A stretch of DNA of 64,000 bases from Nitrosopumilus sp. GTDB taxonomy: Archaea > Thermoproteota > Nitrososphaeria > Nitrososphaerales > Nitrosopumilaceae. Below are positions 63,856 to 64,000 of this stretch, piece after piece. The position numbers were made by a program, and so were the translations under genes. Within the stretch, counting starts at the first letter, position 1. Each line of letters begins with the position of its first letter. The notes below the pieces were generated by a model, which saw nothing but the letters and a program-made list of their open reading frames with translations, was not told where the DNA came from and did no database searches. The stretch spans positions 1,120,001 through 1,184,000 of the forward strand of contig OZ242220.1 in the NCBI GenBank assembly GCA_965206745.1. The letters run 5' to 3'.

Positions 63856-64000
63856 TTATACGCCTAGAATCTTCTTTAACATTACTCTGTAATCAACTTC
63901 AGTTTTTTCACTTCCAGTGGCAGGCAGTGCAAATACAAGTGTTGATTTTTCAGCCCTCAGTGCAGTCAGTTCATCGTTGATGGATTCTGTAATATCATCG
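63856..64000 (-). CDS. atpF: A/V-type ATP synthase subunit F, C-terminal part (5'-truncated by the window edge)
   Basis: DDITESINDELTALRAEKSTLVFALPATGSEKTEVDYRVMLKKILGV-stop. Confidence 0.7.
   Translation of the reverse strand, partial: DDITESINDELTALRAEKSTLVFALPATGSEKTEVDYRVMLKKILGV

Overview
Chromosomal window from an ammonia-oxidising archaeon of the Nitrosopumilaceae (Nitrososphaerota/Thaumarchaeota), identified from the 16S sequence and from gene content such as DnaJ-ferredoxin, FBP aldolase/phosphatase and archaeal tuf-rpsJ-rpoP. It carries the 3' part of a PHA cluster (phaC plus candidate phasin and AbrB regulator), a minus-strand 16S-23S rRNA operon with no ITS tRNA or linked 5S, and many housekeeping genes (hemL, lig, endA, aspS, ilvB-ilvH-leuA-leuB, end of ATP synthase subunit F). 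Accessory or decayed material includes a serpin fragment, an IS6-like transposase remnant, several small pseudogenes and an AT-rich HEPN-motif gene. The strongest leads are: (1) a 19-aa Leu/Ile-rich leader peptide in front of the ilv/leu operon, suggesting attenuation-like control in an archaeon; (2) a coupled operon of a Ddl-like ATP-grasp ligase fused to a degenerate M20 peptidase, a gamma-glutamyltransferase and an N-formylglutamate amidohydrolase; (3) a perfect 31 x 21-bp array next to the 23S 3' flank, near an orphan ParB-HTH-RHH gene; (4) a two-domain SDR with a malonyl-CoA-reductase-like motif; (5) crossed, non-nested complementarities flanking the 23S rRNA. All calls come from reading the sequence and from recalled family motifs; no database searches were run.
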